A stretch of 64,000 nucleotides of DNA from Myxococcota bacterium (GCA_963674735.2 CAXXQS010000002.1:480001-544000); one strand, 5' to 3'; counted from the first letter of the stretch, positions 20,445 through 28,252 are shown. Numbers and translations are program-made. The notes: generated from the sequence alone by a model not told the origin.

Positions 20445-21227
20445 ATGAACGCGTTAACCTACAAACCCTGCCCGCCCCACGACCCGATGTTGCAACGTTT
20501 CCTCGCCCGCGACCCGCTTCGCCATCTCTATCTGTTGGGTGACACACAGCCCCCTTTCAGCCGCTACAGCCGCTTCTGGTTGGCCACCGACGGTGACGAC
20601 GCACGGGCTTGTGTTCTGTGTTTTCAAGACGGAGCGCGAGCGGCGTTGTTGGCGGCAGGCGATCCGCAAGCCACCACGGAGCTGTTCGCCCGCATCGAAA
20701 CGCCCCGGCAAGTGGTCTACCTGCTTGAAGAAACACACCTGGACACGCTCTTGCCAAGCTTCAACGTCGAGCGCGCCATGCCATTCAAACGTATGGGATA
20801 CGACGGGTCATCTCCCCGCCACGCCTCTGGAATTTCCTGGCGGCGTCTCACCCACGCGGATGTGGACCTCGCCGAGAAGCTGGCCCGCGATGTATCCGAG
20901 GTCGCGTTTACGCGGCGACAATTTCTGAACAACCCCTTTGTGGGCGCCTTCGACGAACAAAACCGGGTGATCGCCATGGCGGGGACGCACGTCTGTTCGC
21001 AACGGCTGGGGATTGCCGCCATCGGCAGTGTCGGCGTCCATCCACACCATCGACGGCAAGGGCTCGGACAAACGGTGATGCAGGCCATTGTTTCCGAATT
21101 GCATCCGCGCTTTGCCGTAATCGGCCTCAATGTCGCCGCCGACAACCGGGCGGCGCGCCGCCTGTACCGACGCCTCGGCTTTCACGACGCCTTTTCGTTT
21201 CTGGTCGGAACGGCCACGCAACGCTAG
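20445..21227 (+). CDS. GNAT-family N-acetyltransferase
   Basis: VGVHPHHRRQGLG acetyl-CoA motif A; NRAARRLYRRLGF motif B. Confidence 0.9.
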   Translation: MNALTYKPCPPHDPMLQRFLARDPLRHLYLLGDTQPPFSRYSRFWLATDGDDARACVLCFQDGARAALLAAGDPQATTELFARIETPRQVVYLLEETHLDTLLPSFNVERAMPFKRMGYDGSSPRHASGISWRRLTHADVDLAEKLARDVSEVAFTRRQFLNNPFVGAFDEQNRVIAMAGTHVCSQRLGIAAIGSVGVHPHHRRQGLGQTVMQAIVSELHPRFAVIGLNVAADNRAARRLYRRLGFHDAFSFLVGTATQR

Positions 21228-21281
21228 GCAATACCGATACTTGCGTTGCGTTGATGACCGTTTCCCTGCGGCAATGGGTGC

Positions 21282-21306
21282 TGGAGCCCGTCACAGACGC
21301 GCTCCA
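21282..21306. repeat. REP-like family A copy
   Basis: TGGAGCCCGTCACAGACGCGCTCCA; same arms as the other family A copies. Confidence 0.55.
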
Positions 21307-21315
21307 GCATGGGGG

Positions 21316-21356
21316 GACAAACATGCGGAGCATGACAGAGCCATGCTCCTGCTCAA
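21316..21356. repeat. REP-like family B, copy 2
   Basis: 39 of 41 nt identical to 20128-20168. Confidence 0.85.
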
Positions 21357-21430
21357 GTTTGCCAAACGGCTATTCGGGATGAGCGGGTTATGTTTCGTTT
21401 AATTAGGAGAGGTTACGCTATGCCCCAAGC

Positions 21431-21454
21431 GATGGGCAACAAGTTGCCCATCCT
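21431..21454 (-). repeat. GTAG-type REP hairpin interrupted by the IS110 element (insertion target)
   Basis: GATGGGCAAC-AA-GTTGCCCATC is a perfect inverted repeat. Rejoined with the right flank it gives ...CCCATC-CT-AC, i.e. GTAG-GATGGGCAAC on the minus strand. Confidence 0.8.
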
Positions 21455-21468
21455 TGTATTATCCCTTT

Positions 21469-21675
21469 CAAGCGACTGTCATCGTTTGTGATGATAAGAT
21501 GAAACGACCTCCCGTAGCAAGCGGGAGGCCGTGGTGGGCGGCGAGATCGTCCCATCCTGGGGCCTGATGAGCCCGTTTTGTAGCCGGATCCGCCGTCCGT
21601 TTCGTCCGGGAAAACCCGAACAGTCGCAGGGGCCATTGTAATCGAAATGAGCCCGTATTGGCAAGGAAGGGTGCG
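21469..21675 (+). ncRNA. Bridge RNA (target-binding loop ~21536-21598, donor-binding loop ~21614-21672)
   Basis: Guides TCCCATCCT (21550-58) and GTAG (21580-83) match the target. ACAGTCGC (21620-27) and CAAG (21662-65) match the end junction. Each pair flanks an inner GGGC/GCCC hairpin. RNA ends are estimated. Confidence 0.85.
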
Positions 21676-21677
21676 CC

Positions 21678-22613
21678 ATGAAGAAATGGATCGGGATCGA
21701 CGTCAGCAAAGCCGTTTTCGATGTCGCCGTCGACGGCGAAAGCACGTGCGTCCGCTACGCTTACACCAAAGCCGGCATGACACGCTTCGTCCGTTCGTTG
21801 AAGCGGATCGAGGTGGAGGGCGTCGTGATGGAAGCCACCGGCGGCTACGAACGGGAGCTGTGCAAACGTCTTCAGAAAGCGGGTTGGCCGGTGGCGGTGG
21901 TCAATCCCCGGCGCATCCGGGATTATGCCCGCGCCGTCGGCGTGATGGCGAAAACGGATCGACTCGATGCGGGCATCATCGCACGCTACGCAGCCGCCAT
22001 GCGTCCCGCACCGAACGAAACGCTCGGCGAAACCGCCCTCCTGTTAAAAGCCCTGTCTTCACGGAGGCGGCAGCTGGTCGCCATGCGCACGATGGAGAAA
22101 AACCGCACCGAACACGTGGGCGATCGGACGATCGGACAAAGCCTGCACCGCATTCTGGAGGTGATCGAACGGGAAATCGAGCGGCTGGATCGGGCCATCG
22201 CGGCGGCCATTGCATCGGATCGGGAGCGCAGCGACCGGGCCGCGCGGCTCCAAACGATGCCGGGCGTCGGCGCGTGCACGGCGAATCTTCTGGTGACGGA
22301 TCTGCCGGAGCTGGGGATCTACAACCGGCGGCAGATCGCGGCGTTGATCGGCGTGGCGCCCATGAATCGGGACAGCGGAACGTTTCGGGGTAAACGCATG
22401 ACCGGCGGCGGTCGTCATCGCCTGCGCACGGCGCTCTACATGCCGACGCTGGTGGCGATTCAACACAACCCGGTGATTCGCGGACACTACCAGCGGCTGG
22501 TCGGACGCGGCAAACCGAAGATGACGGCGGTGGTGGCCTGCATGCGAAAATTGGTCCTCATTCTCAACACGATGATGCGGAAAAACGAAGCCTGGAACCC
22601 GAATTTCGCTTGA
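21678..22613 (+). CDS. IS110-family transposase / bridge recombinase
   Basis: RuvC-like DEDD residues in GIDVSK, MEATGGYE and KTDRLDA; Tnp20 domain with PGVG, APMNRDSG (catalytic Ser), GRHRLRTALYM and ACMRKL. Confidence 0.97.
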   Translation: MKKWIGIDVSKAVFDVAVDGESTCVRYAYTKAGMTRFVRSLKRIEVEGVVMEATGGYERELCKRLQKAGWPVAVVNPRRIRDYARAVGVMAKTDRLDAGIIARYAAAMRPAPNETLGETALLLKALSSRRRQLVAMRTMEKNRTEHVGDRTIGQSLHRILEVIEREIERLDRAIAAAIASDRERSDRAARLQTMPGVGACTANLLVTDLPELGIYNRRQIAALIGVAPMNRDSGTFRGKRMTGGGRHRLRTALYMPTLVAIQHNPVIRGHYQRLVGRGKPKMTAVVACMRKLVLILNTMMRKNEAWNPNFA

Positions 22614-22658
22614 CACCGATAACAGTCGCTACTTTTCTACCTTCTAGGGGTTTTGAAT

Positions 22659-22756
22659 GGGTGGCATAGTTTCACAAACGACGTTCGAGAGGCTGTGTCT
22701 TCTTTATTTCGCACAGCTTCCCACGATCCGTCGGATCGCGTGAAACTATGGCACCC
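22659..22756. repeat. Composite palindromic element (17 bp outer inverted repeat enclosing two hairpins)
   Basis: GGGTGGCATAGTTTCAC ... GTGAAACTATGGCACCC (16/17); inner GCTGTG/CACAGC and CGATCC/GGATCG. Confidence 0.7.
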
Positions 22757-22933
22757 CCTTGATTCGCTAACCTTTTCCTTGATCAAGCAAGATTGTATCC
22801 GGCTCGATCTCGACCACCCCGTCTTCGCTTCGCGTGTGCAAGCGGTACATAGGTTACATTTCAGACCGGGGACATGGGCAACACCTTGCCCCTCCACCTT
22901 TTTCTGGCCAAGCATTGTCGCGACCTGCGGCTG

Positions 22934-23833
22934 CTACACCTCGACACCGAAGCGTTCGGCCAGGGTCAGAGCGGCCTGCATGCCGTCGCCCATGGCAATG
23001 GAGCCTTGACGATAGCGTCCCCGGCATTGGTCGCCGACCACGAAGAGGTTGGGACAGACGGTTTCCCCGCCGAAACCGTCACGCGCAAGTGGCACGCGGC
23101 CGTTATCGTCTACGACAACCGGCGGCTGGGGCACGCGCCCGATGTGAGGCACGATGAAACGATACGGGCCGGGATCGGGCAGGTCGTCGCGCCACACCCC
23201 GGCCTCGTCCACGCGCCAGACAGGGCGGCGGGAGATATGCTCGGCGATGTCCAGCCCACGCACGCGTTCCACGATGCGCGGCAAGGCGCGCAAGCGCTCA
23301 CGGCGACGCGCCAACGTAACCGACGCGCCCGCCAGACGCCAACGGGCCGCCTGATCGTAGGCCACATCCCCGGCACCGACCACCAGCACCTTGCCCGTCG
23401 GATCGGGCGGCAACTCGGGATCGGTCCACAGATAGGGCCGGACTGCCTCGGGGACATCCAGCTCTTTGGCTTGCAGCCCGCAGGCCAACACCACCGCCTC
23501 GGCATCGAAACGGCCCGGCTCACCGTGCAGGGCGAAGGGCTCCCCCGCCGCGCCCGCCACGATGCGATGGACCCGCACGCGCACCGGCACCAGGTTGAAG
23601 TCGCCCAGGTGCGCGGCCAACCGTTCGGCGATCACGCGCCCGGCCGTCCCGTTGGGAAAAGCGGGCCAGTTTTCGACCCGCCAGGCCATGCGGATGATAC
23701 CGCCCGGTTCGCCGGGCTCCAAAAGCAGCACCTGAATCCCCATGCGCACCAGTTGGACGGCGCAGGTGATGCCCGCCGGGCCCGCCCCCACGACCGCCAC
23801 TTGTGAAACAGGTTGACTCGCGCCGTGGGTCAT
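22934..23833 (-). CDS. NAD(P)/FAD-dependent oxidoreductase (thioredoxin reductase-like fold)
   Basis: VAVVGAGPAG, VENWPAF, VLVVGAGDVA, LFVVGD and AMGDG motifs; start overlaps the upstream stop. Confidence 0.85.
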   Translation of the reverse strand: MTHGASQPVSQVAVVGAGPAGITCAVQLVRMGIQVLLLEPGEPGGIIRMAWRVENWPAFPNGTAGRVIAERLAAHLGDFNLVPVRVRVHRIVAGAAGEPFALHGEPGRFDAEAVVLACGLQAKELDVPEAVRPYLWTDPELPPDPTGKVLVVGAGDVAYDQAARWRLAGASVTLARRRERLRALPRIVERVRGLDIAEHISRRPVWRVDEAGVWRDDLPDPGPYRFIVPHIGRVPQPPVVVDDNGRVPLARDGFGGETVCPNLFVVGDQCRGRYRQGSIAMGDGMQAALTLAERFGVEV

Positions 23834-24501
23834 GGCCAAAGCTCCTCCAGGGTTGTCGCGCCACCCACCCCATCGGCCATGGCGGCCAGCAATCGCACAT
23901 GCTGGGTTTCGGTCCAGGCGGCGCAGGCATCCGCCAGCACGACCGGGAAAAATCCCAGACACAAGGCGTGGCGCGCGGTGGTTTCCACGCATAGATGGCT
24001 GGTCACCCCGGCCAGCAGCAGCACGCGCACGGCGCGTTCGCGCAGCCACTCGCACAAATCCGTCCCCTCAAAGGCGGAGTAGGTGTCTTTGGTAAAAACG
24101 GGCGCAGCGAGTGGAGTCAACACGGATTCGAGCGCGGGATGCAGAGCGGCCAGAGGGTCGCTTTCCAAAAGACGCTTGTGCCAGATCGACAGAAAAGGAA
24201 AGGGATCGCTATCGGCGCGGTGGGCGTGTCGGGTGGCGGCGACGGAAATACCCGCCCGTGCGGCACGATGAACCGCCTCGCCCAGTCGCGGCGTCACGGC
24301 TTGCGCCACAGGTAGCGCCGCAGGCGAAAGCGGATCGAGAAAAAAGCGTTGAGCATCGATCACCAGCAAAGCCTGCGGTCCCTCCGGGATGGCGGGAAAC
24401 GCACGACCGCTCGCTCGACACACGGCCTCTAATTGGGTGTGGGCGACGGCGCTGATGTCGCGGTCCTTGAGATAGTCTTCGCGTTTGGGCGACATGGGCA
24501 T
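23830..24501 (-). CDS. Isochorismatase-family cysteine hydrolase
   Basis: ALLVIDAQ, KDTYSAFEGTDL and AGVTSHLCVETTAR give the D-K-C triad. Start uncertain; the upstream part of the track ORF is a shadow. Confidence 0.88.
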   Translation of the reverse strand: MPMSPKREDYLKDRDISAVAHTQLEAVCRASGRAFPAIPEGPQALLVIDAQRFFLDPLSPAALPVAQAVTPRLGEAVHRAARAGISVAATRHAHRADSDPFPFLSIWHKRLLESDPLAALHPALESVLTPLAAPVFTKDTYSAFEGTDLCEWLRERAVRVLLLAGVTSHLCVETTARHALCLGFFPVVLADACAAWTETQHVRLLAAMADGVGGATTLEELWP

Positions 24502-24663
24502 ACCTGCTCGATTCGACATGCCCCACTTTAGCACGAACCGTCGCCGGTGCAAGCCACAATCAGCTTTCGCCGCCACCACACGCTGCATCCGTTCCGGCTC
24601 GACAGCTTGGGCCGGGTATGCTAGCATTCGCTTGTTTGGATCACGGCTGCGGAGGGAAACGAC

Positions 24664-25851
24664 ATGCACCGGAAGCTTTGGATTCTCGGCGTTCTGCTGG
24701 CGTTGGTTGTGTGTGCGGCTTGTGCCGAGGGCGGGTTCAGGCGAGCCCAGGACCTCGTCAGCATCCACTGGAGCGGCGGCGATTTCGAAAAGGCCCAGAC
24801 CATGCTGCGCCTCGACGACCTGCGCGAATTTCAGAAAGCCGAAGTGCATTTTCTCACCCTGCGCATCAAGAATCGCGACGACGTTCAGATTGCCGGATGG
24901 CTCAACCAGCTTTACATCGCCTGGGCCGAGCAACTGCAAAGCGAAATCGATCTGTTGCGCTGGAAACTGGCGGCCAGCTATGCCGCCGACAACCAATCCG
25001 ACCTGCGGGCCGTCTTCAACCTGCTGGACTACCGCCAAGCCCAGTGGTGGGACGCCCTCAACAGCGCGCGCATGCTGGGCAACGTACTGGTAACCTACGA
25101 CGACGACAGCTACATCGGCCACCGCAGCATGGCCGACTACTACCGCGTCCTGGGCGACCGCGAAAAGATGGAAAACGAACTGAAGGCGGTGGAGGCGCTC
25201 AACCCCGACTCCAACGGCCTGCGCTTCATTCGCGGCGCGGCGCTGGCACAATTCGAGAAAAACTACAGCGAGGCCATCCGCTATTACGACGACGCCCTGG
25301 ACCACGACCCGATGTTCGTGAAAGCCCTGTACTTCAAGGGGCTGGCCTTGCACGAGCTACAGCGTAGCGACGAGGCGGTGGCCGTGATGACGCAGGTGCT
25401 CGAAAAATCGCCCAAACACCCCGGAGCCCGGCTGTATCTGTCCACCGAACGTTACGTACAGGATCTGGCGCAGGAGGCCCGTCAACGTTTGGCCGATACG
25501 CGCGTGGCGTCCCGCAGGATCAAAGACGACCCGGCGCGCGCCATGCTGATCGAGTGGTCGGCCAAGTGCGTCGCAGACCGCGCCGATCTGCATTTTCGGG
25601 TGGCGGGCCCGGCCGACGACGACGCGGAAGTGCGGCTGTCGGCGGTTTTGACCGACAAACTGGGGGCGATTCTGGCGACGCAGGAGAAGCAACTCGACCT
25701 GCCCGCCTCGGCTTTCTACAGCGGCCAACTGGACTTCGACCCCACCCCCGGCAGCGAAGCTCGGGAGGTTTTGTTGCATCTGCAGGTCAAACGACCGGAC
25801 GAACAGGTGTATACCACCGTCGATATCCAGCACGCCCCGCTCGAACCGTAA
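24664..25851 (+). CDS. TPR-containing exported (probable lipo)protein
   Basis: Signal ending CAAC; TPRs YSEAIRYYDDALDHDP and ALYFKGLAL; GGAGG RBS. Confidence 0.8.
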   Translation: MHRKLWILGVLLALVVCAACAEGGFRRAQDLVSIHWSGGDFEKAQTMLRLDDLREFQKAEVHFLTLRIKNRDDVQIAGWLNQLYIAWAEQLQSEIDLLRWKLAASYAADNQSDLRAVFNLLDYRQAQWWDALNSARMLGNVLVTYDDDSYIGHRSMADYYRVLGDREKMENELKAVEALNPDSNGLRFIRGAALAQFEKNYSEAIRYYDDALDHDPMFVKALYFKGLALHELQRSDEAVAVMTQVLEKSPKHPGARLYLSTERYVQDLAQEARQRLADTRVASRRIKDDPARAMLIEWSAKCVADRADLHFRVAGPADDDAEVRLSAVLTDKLGAILATQEKQLDLPASAFYSGQLDFDPTPGSEAREVLLHLQVKRPDEQVYTTVDIQHAPLEP

Positions 25852-25865
25852 ATCGGTCGCGGCCA

Positions 25866-25890
25866 TGGAGCCCATCGGAGATGCGCTTCA
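25866..25890. repeat. REP-like family A copy
   Basis: TGGAGCCCATCGGAGATGCGCTTCA; near-identical to 19969-19993. Confidence 0.65.
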
Positions 25891-26003
25891 ACCTAGGGTC
25901 TGCGTAACGACGCCGCACATGGCCATTATGATCAGTTCGATAAGACACAGGTAGAATCTGTCCTTAGAGATGTTCGAGCTTTTATTAACCGCTACCCAGC
26001 CTG

Positions 26004-26102
26004 ACCCCCTCCCTCCCGCGGAGGACTCCCCCTTGTAAAGGGGGAGATTAATCCCCTCCTTTACAAGGAGGGGTGGATTCGCGAAGCGAAGACGGGGTGG
26101 TC
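26004..26102. repeat. Paired palindromes (REP/BIME-like) between convergent genes
   Basis: CTCCCCCTTGTAAAGGGGGAG (26026-46) and CCCCTCCTTTACAAGGAGGGG (26053-73) are mutually inverted hairpins. Confidence 0.65.
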
Positions 26103-26111
26103 ACTCCCGCG

Positions 26112-27923
26112 TCAGAAGCAGCGGCCGGTGCCGGGATCGGGGCGCGTGCCCGCCTGGCAGGTGCAGGCGAAACGACCCTCGGCGGCGTTCCACTGCCAGT
26201 CGCCCTTGGGCTGACACAGATCGGGCAGGCAGTAGCTGCCGTCGAAGCCCTCGATGCAGTTCAAACCCTGAATGCAGTCCCCGGTCTCCGGGCAACGCTG
26301 CAAACAGGCCCAGCCTGCATCCCCCAGGGGCACACAGGATTCATAGGGCAGGCATTCCTCGTCGCCGCCGCAGGGATAGAGGCATTGGCCGGTTCCGGCC
26401 AGTTCGCCGTCCAGTTCGATCCCGTAGCAGGACACATCCGGCGGGCAGGTTTCGTCGCGCCCGCAGGAAAGTTGGCGATTGCGATGGCAAATGCCGCCAC
26501 CGCAAGCCTGTTCGGCCATGCAGTCTTCGGGTTCGCTGCATGCGCCGAGTTGCTCGCAGCGATTGGTGAAGGGATCGTGCGCATAGCCGTCGTCGCAGGC
26601 GCAGTCCCACAGGCCGTTGGGCAATTCCTCCCAGTGGCCGTTGGTTTTGCAGGCATCCGGCACGCAAGCCGTGACACCTAAAATTTCGCGGCAGGACTGC
26701 CCGTCCGGGCACCCCTCGTCGTGGCGGCACAGGGCGCGGCAGATCCCGCCGTCGGGGCGGTTGGGCACGCACAGCTCGGAAGGACGGCAGTCGGCGCTGG
26801 CGCTGCAATCGGACGAACACACGCCGTCACCCAGCAAATCGTTGCCGTCCTTTTCGCCCAGACATTCGCTTTCGTCCTCGCATTGCAGGTTCGAGCGGCA
26901 GGTCACCGCACGCGGCGTGTGACAGGCACCGTCGCGCCCGCAAACCTGATTGGCGTAGCAAGCGGCGGAGGTCTCGCAGGCCACCGACTCGTCCGGCTCG
27001 GGACAGGTGCCCATCAGGACGTCGTCGAGATAGCCATCGCGCCCGATAAAGGCATAGGCCAGCGGGCGCTCGCTGTCGATGGTGTCGGTGAAGGAACAGC
27101 GGGTGACGTTGTCCACATCCACGCGCCATTGGGCATTGGTCAGACGGTACAGGATCACCCGGTGCCAGCCCTCGTCGAGGCCATCGATGCTGCAATGGGC
27201 CATTCCGGCCTGCTCCAGCACGTCGATACGCTGACCGGTCGGCATCGGTTGGGCGTCGCCCTCCTCGTCGAGGTCGCCATCGGTCGACGCGGCAGGGGCA
27301 TCGGTGGCGGGAAGGTGGAACAGGCGGATTTCCGGCACCCAGTTTCCGGTGGGATTGTCGTCGTCGTTCAGCCAGAACAGGTTCTCGGTTCCCTCGGCTC
27401 CCAGCTTGGTGCGGAAGTGGAAGGCGTTGGCCTGCGCGGGCAGCGGCGTATAAAGCCGGGCGGTGGGCAACTGGGAACCGGTGTCGTCCGAACAGCCCGA
27501 CAAGACCCGTCCGCCGACCTCCGCATCCTCGATCACCACCGGACGCACGGCGGATTCCGGCTGATCGTCGGGTACGTTCAGTACGCGGTGATCCTTTTGC
27601 CAAACCGGATTCGTGGTGGTTTCACCATCCTCGAAACTTTCGAGGAACAAAAGCGCGCCCCCGGCACAGAAGGCCGGATCCTGCCAGCGATCGAGGGTGT
27701 CGTCCTCCCAGGGGATGCGCTCCACCTCGGGCGCTTCGACTTCCGTCACCTCCTCTTCGGCCGCCTCCGCGTCCCGATCTTCGTCGCCGGAAAGCTCGCC
27801 TTCGCCGTCCAGGTCGCCATCGACGGCGTCGCCGCCACCGCTGCTGCAAGCCGCAAGCATCCAAACGCCGAACGCCAGTATCGCCACCGTCAAGAACAGC
27901 CCTTTTCGTGTCAACGCTACCAT
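26112..27923 (-). CDS. Cys-rich surface lipoprotein (beta-sandwich-like domain plus many C-x5-C / EGF-like repeats)
   Basis: Lipobox LAAC, acidic DGD linker, Cys-dense C-terminal half; GGGAGG RBS. Confidence 0.75.
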   Translation of the reverse strand: MVALTRKGLFLTVAILAFGVWMLAACSSGGGDAVDGDLDGEGELSGDEDRDAEAAEEEVTEVEAPEVERIPWEDDTLDRWQDPAFCAGGALLFLESFEDGETTTNPVWQKDHRVLNVPDDQPESAVRPVVIEDAEVGGRVLSGCSDDTGSQLPTARLYTPLPAQANAFHFRTKLGAEGTENLFWLNDDDNPTGNWVPEIRLFHLPATDAPAASTDGDLDEEGDAQPMPTGQRIDVLEQAGMAHCSIDGLDEGWHRVILYRLTNAQWRVDVDNVTRCSFTDTIDSERPLAYAFIGRDGYLDDVLMGTCPEPDESVACETSAACYANQVCGRDGACHTPRAVTCRSNLQCEDESECLGEKDGNDLLGDGVCSSDCSASADCRPSELCVPNRPDGGICRALCRHDEGCPDGQSCREILGVTACVPDACKTNGHWEELPNGLWDCACDDGYAHDPFTNRCEQLGACSEPEDCMAEQACGGGICHRNRQLSCGRDETCPPDVSCYGIELDGELAGTGQCLYPCGGDEECLPYESCVPLGDAGWACLQRCPETGDCIQGLNCIEGFDGSYCLPDLCQPKGDWQWNAAEGRFACTCQAGTRPDPGTGRCF

Positions 27924-28069
27924 GGGGAACCTCCCGCCATTCACCGATTCGTCTGCCGCGTCGCTTCCTGCAGAAAACGCGAAACGGCATCCGGTTCTTT
28001 TTGCATACGTGCCTAGACTCGCAAGTGTATCACATGCGGCAGGCGGCGGAAAGGATTGGCTAAACCGGC

Positions 28070-28252
28070 TAGAGCTTTTCAATTCTGATTGAGTCTCGAA
28101 TCATCTTCGATCGATGATGGGTGGCACGGGCTAAACCGTCAGGTTTGCCCGTGAAAACAGCATGGGCAAGCCGAAAGCTTGGCCCATGGCACCCCGTAAA
28201 CCGAATGATAGTGGGTGGAAAACGGTGAAAAGCTTCGAAGTGAATCGCCCTA
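28070..28252. mobile_element. MITE-like non-autonomous element, copy 1
   Basis: Ungapped match to 52448-52623 with 10 mismatches in 176 nt (counted by hand); imperfect 17 bp terminal IRs bounded by TA; central double hairpin. Confidence 0.75.

Larger units (their letters stand above)
21453..22630 (+). mobile_element. IS110-family insertion sequence (IS621-like), complete, flanked by CT core dinucleotides
   Basis: CT at 21453-54 and 22629-30; left end TGTATTATCCC..., right end ...TTGACACCGATAACAGTCG; single DEDD/Tnp20 recombinase ORF; long non-coding left end and very short right end. Confidence 0.93.

Noticed and set aside
19960-21460. Possible CRISPR array from recurring ~33 bp palindromic repeats
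   Set aside because: Only two identical copies, 1.2 kb apart, with no regular spacers and no cas genes; REP-like instead.
21471-22630. Treating the 14 bp inverted repeat (21471-84 / 22617-30) as the IS termini
   Set aside because: The CT cores, the rebuilt REP target, the 17 bp junction promoter and the guide matches all place the left end at 21453-55, so the repeat is internal.
22631-22933. IS1111-type guide RNA downstream of the transposase
   Set aside because: The element ends 17 bp after the stop codon; the guide matches are upstream and the downstream hairpins lie outside the element.
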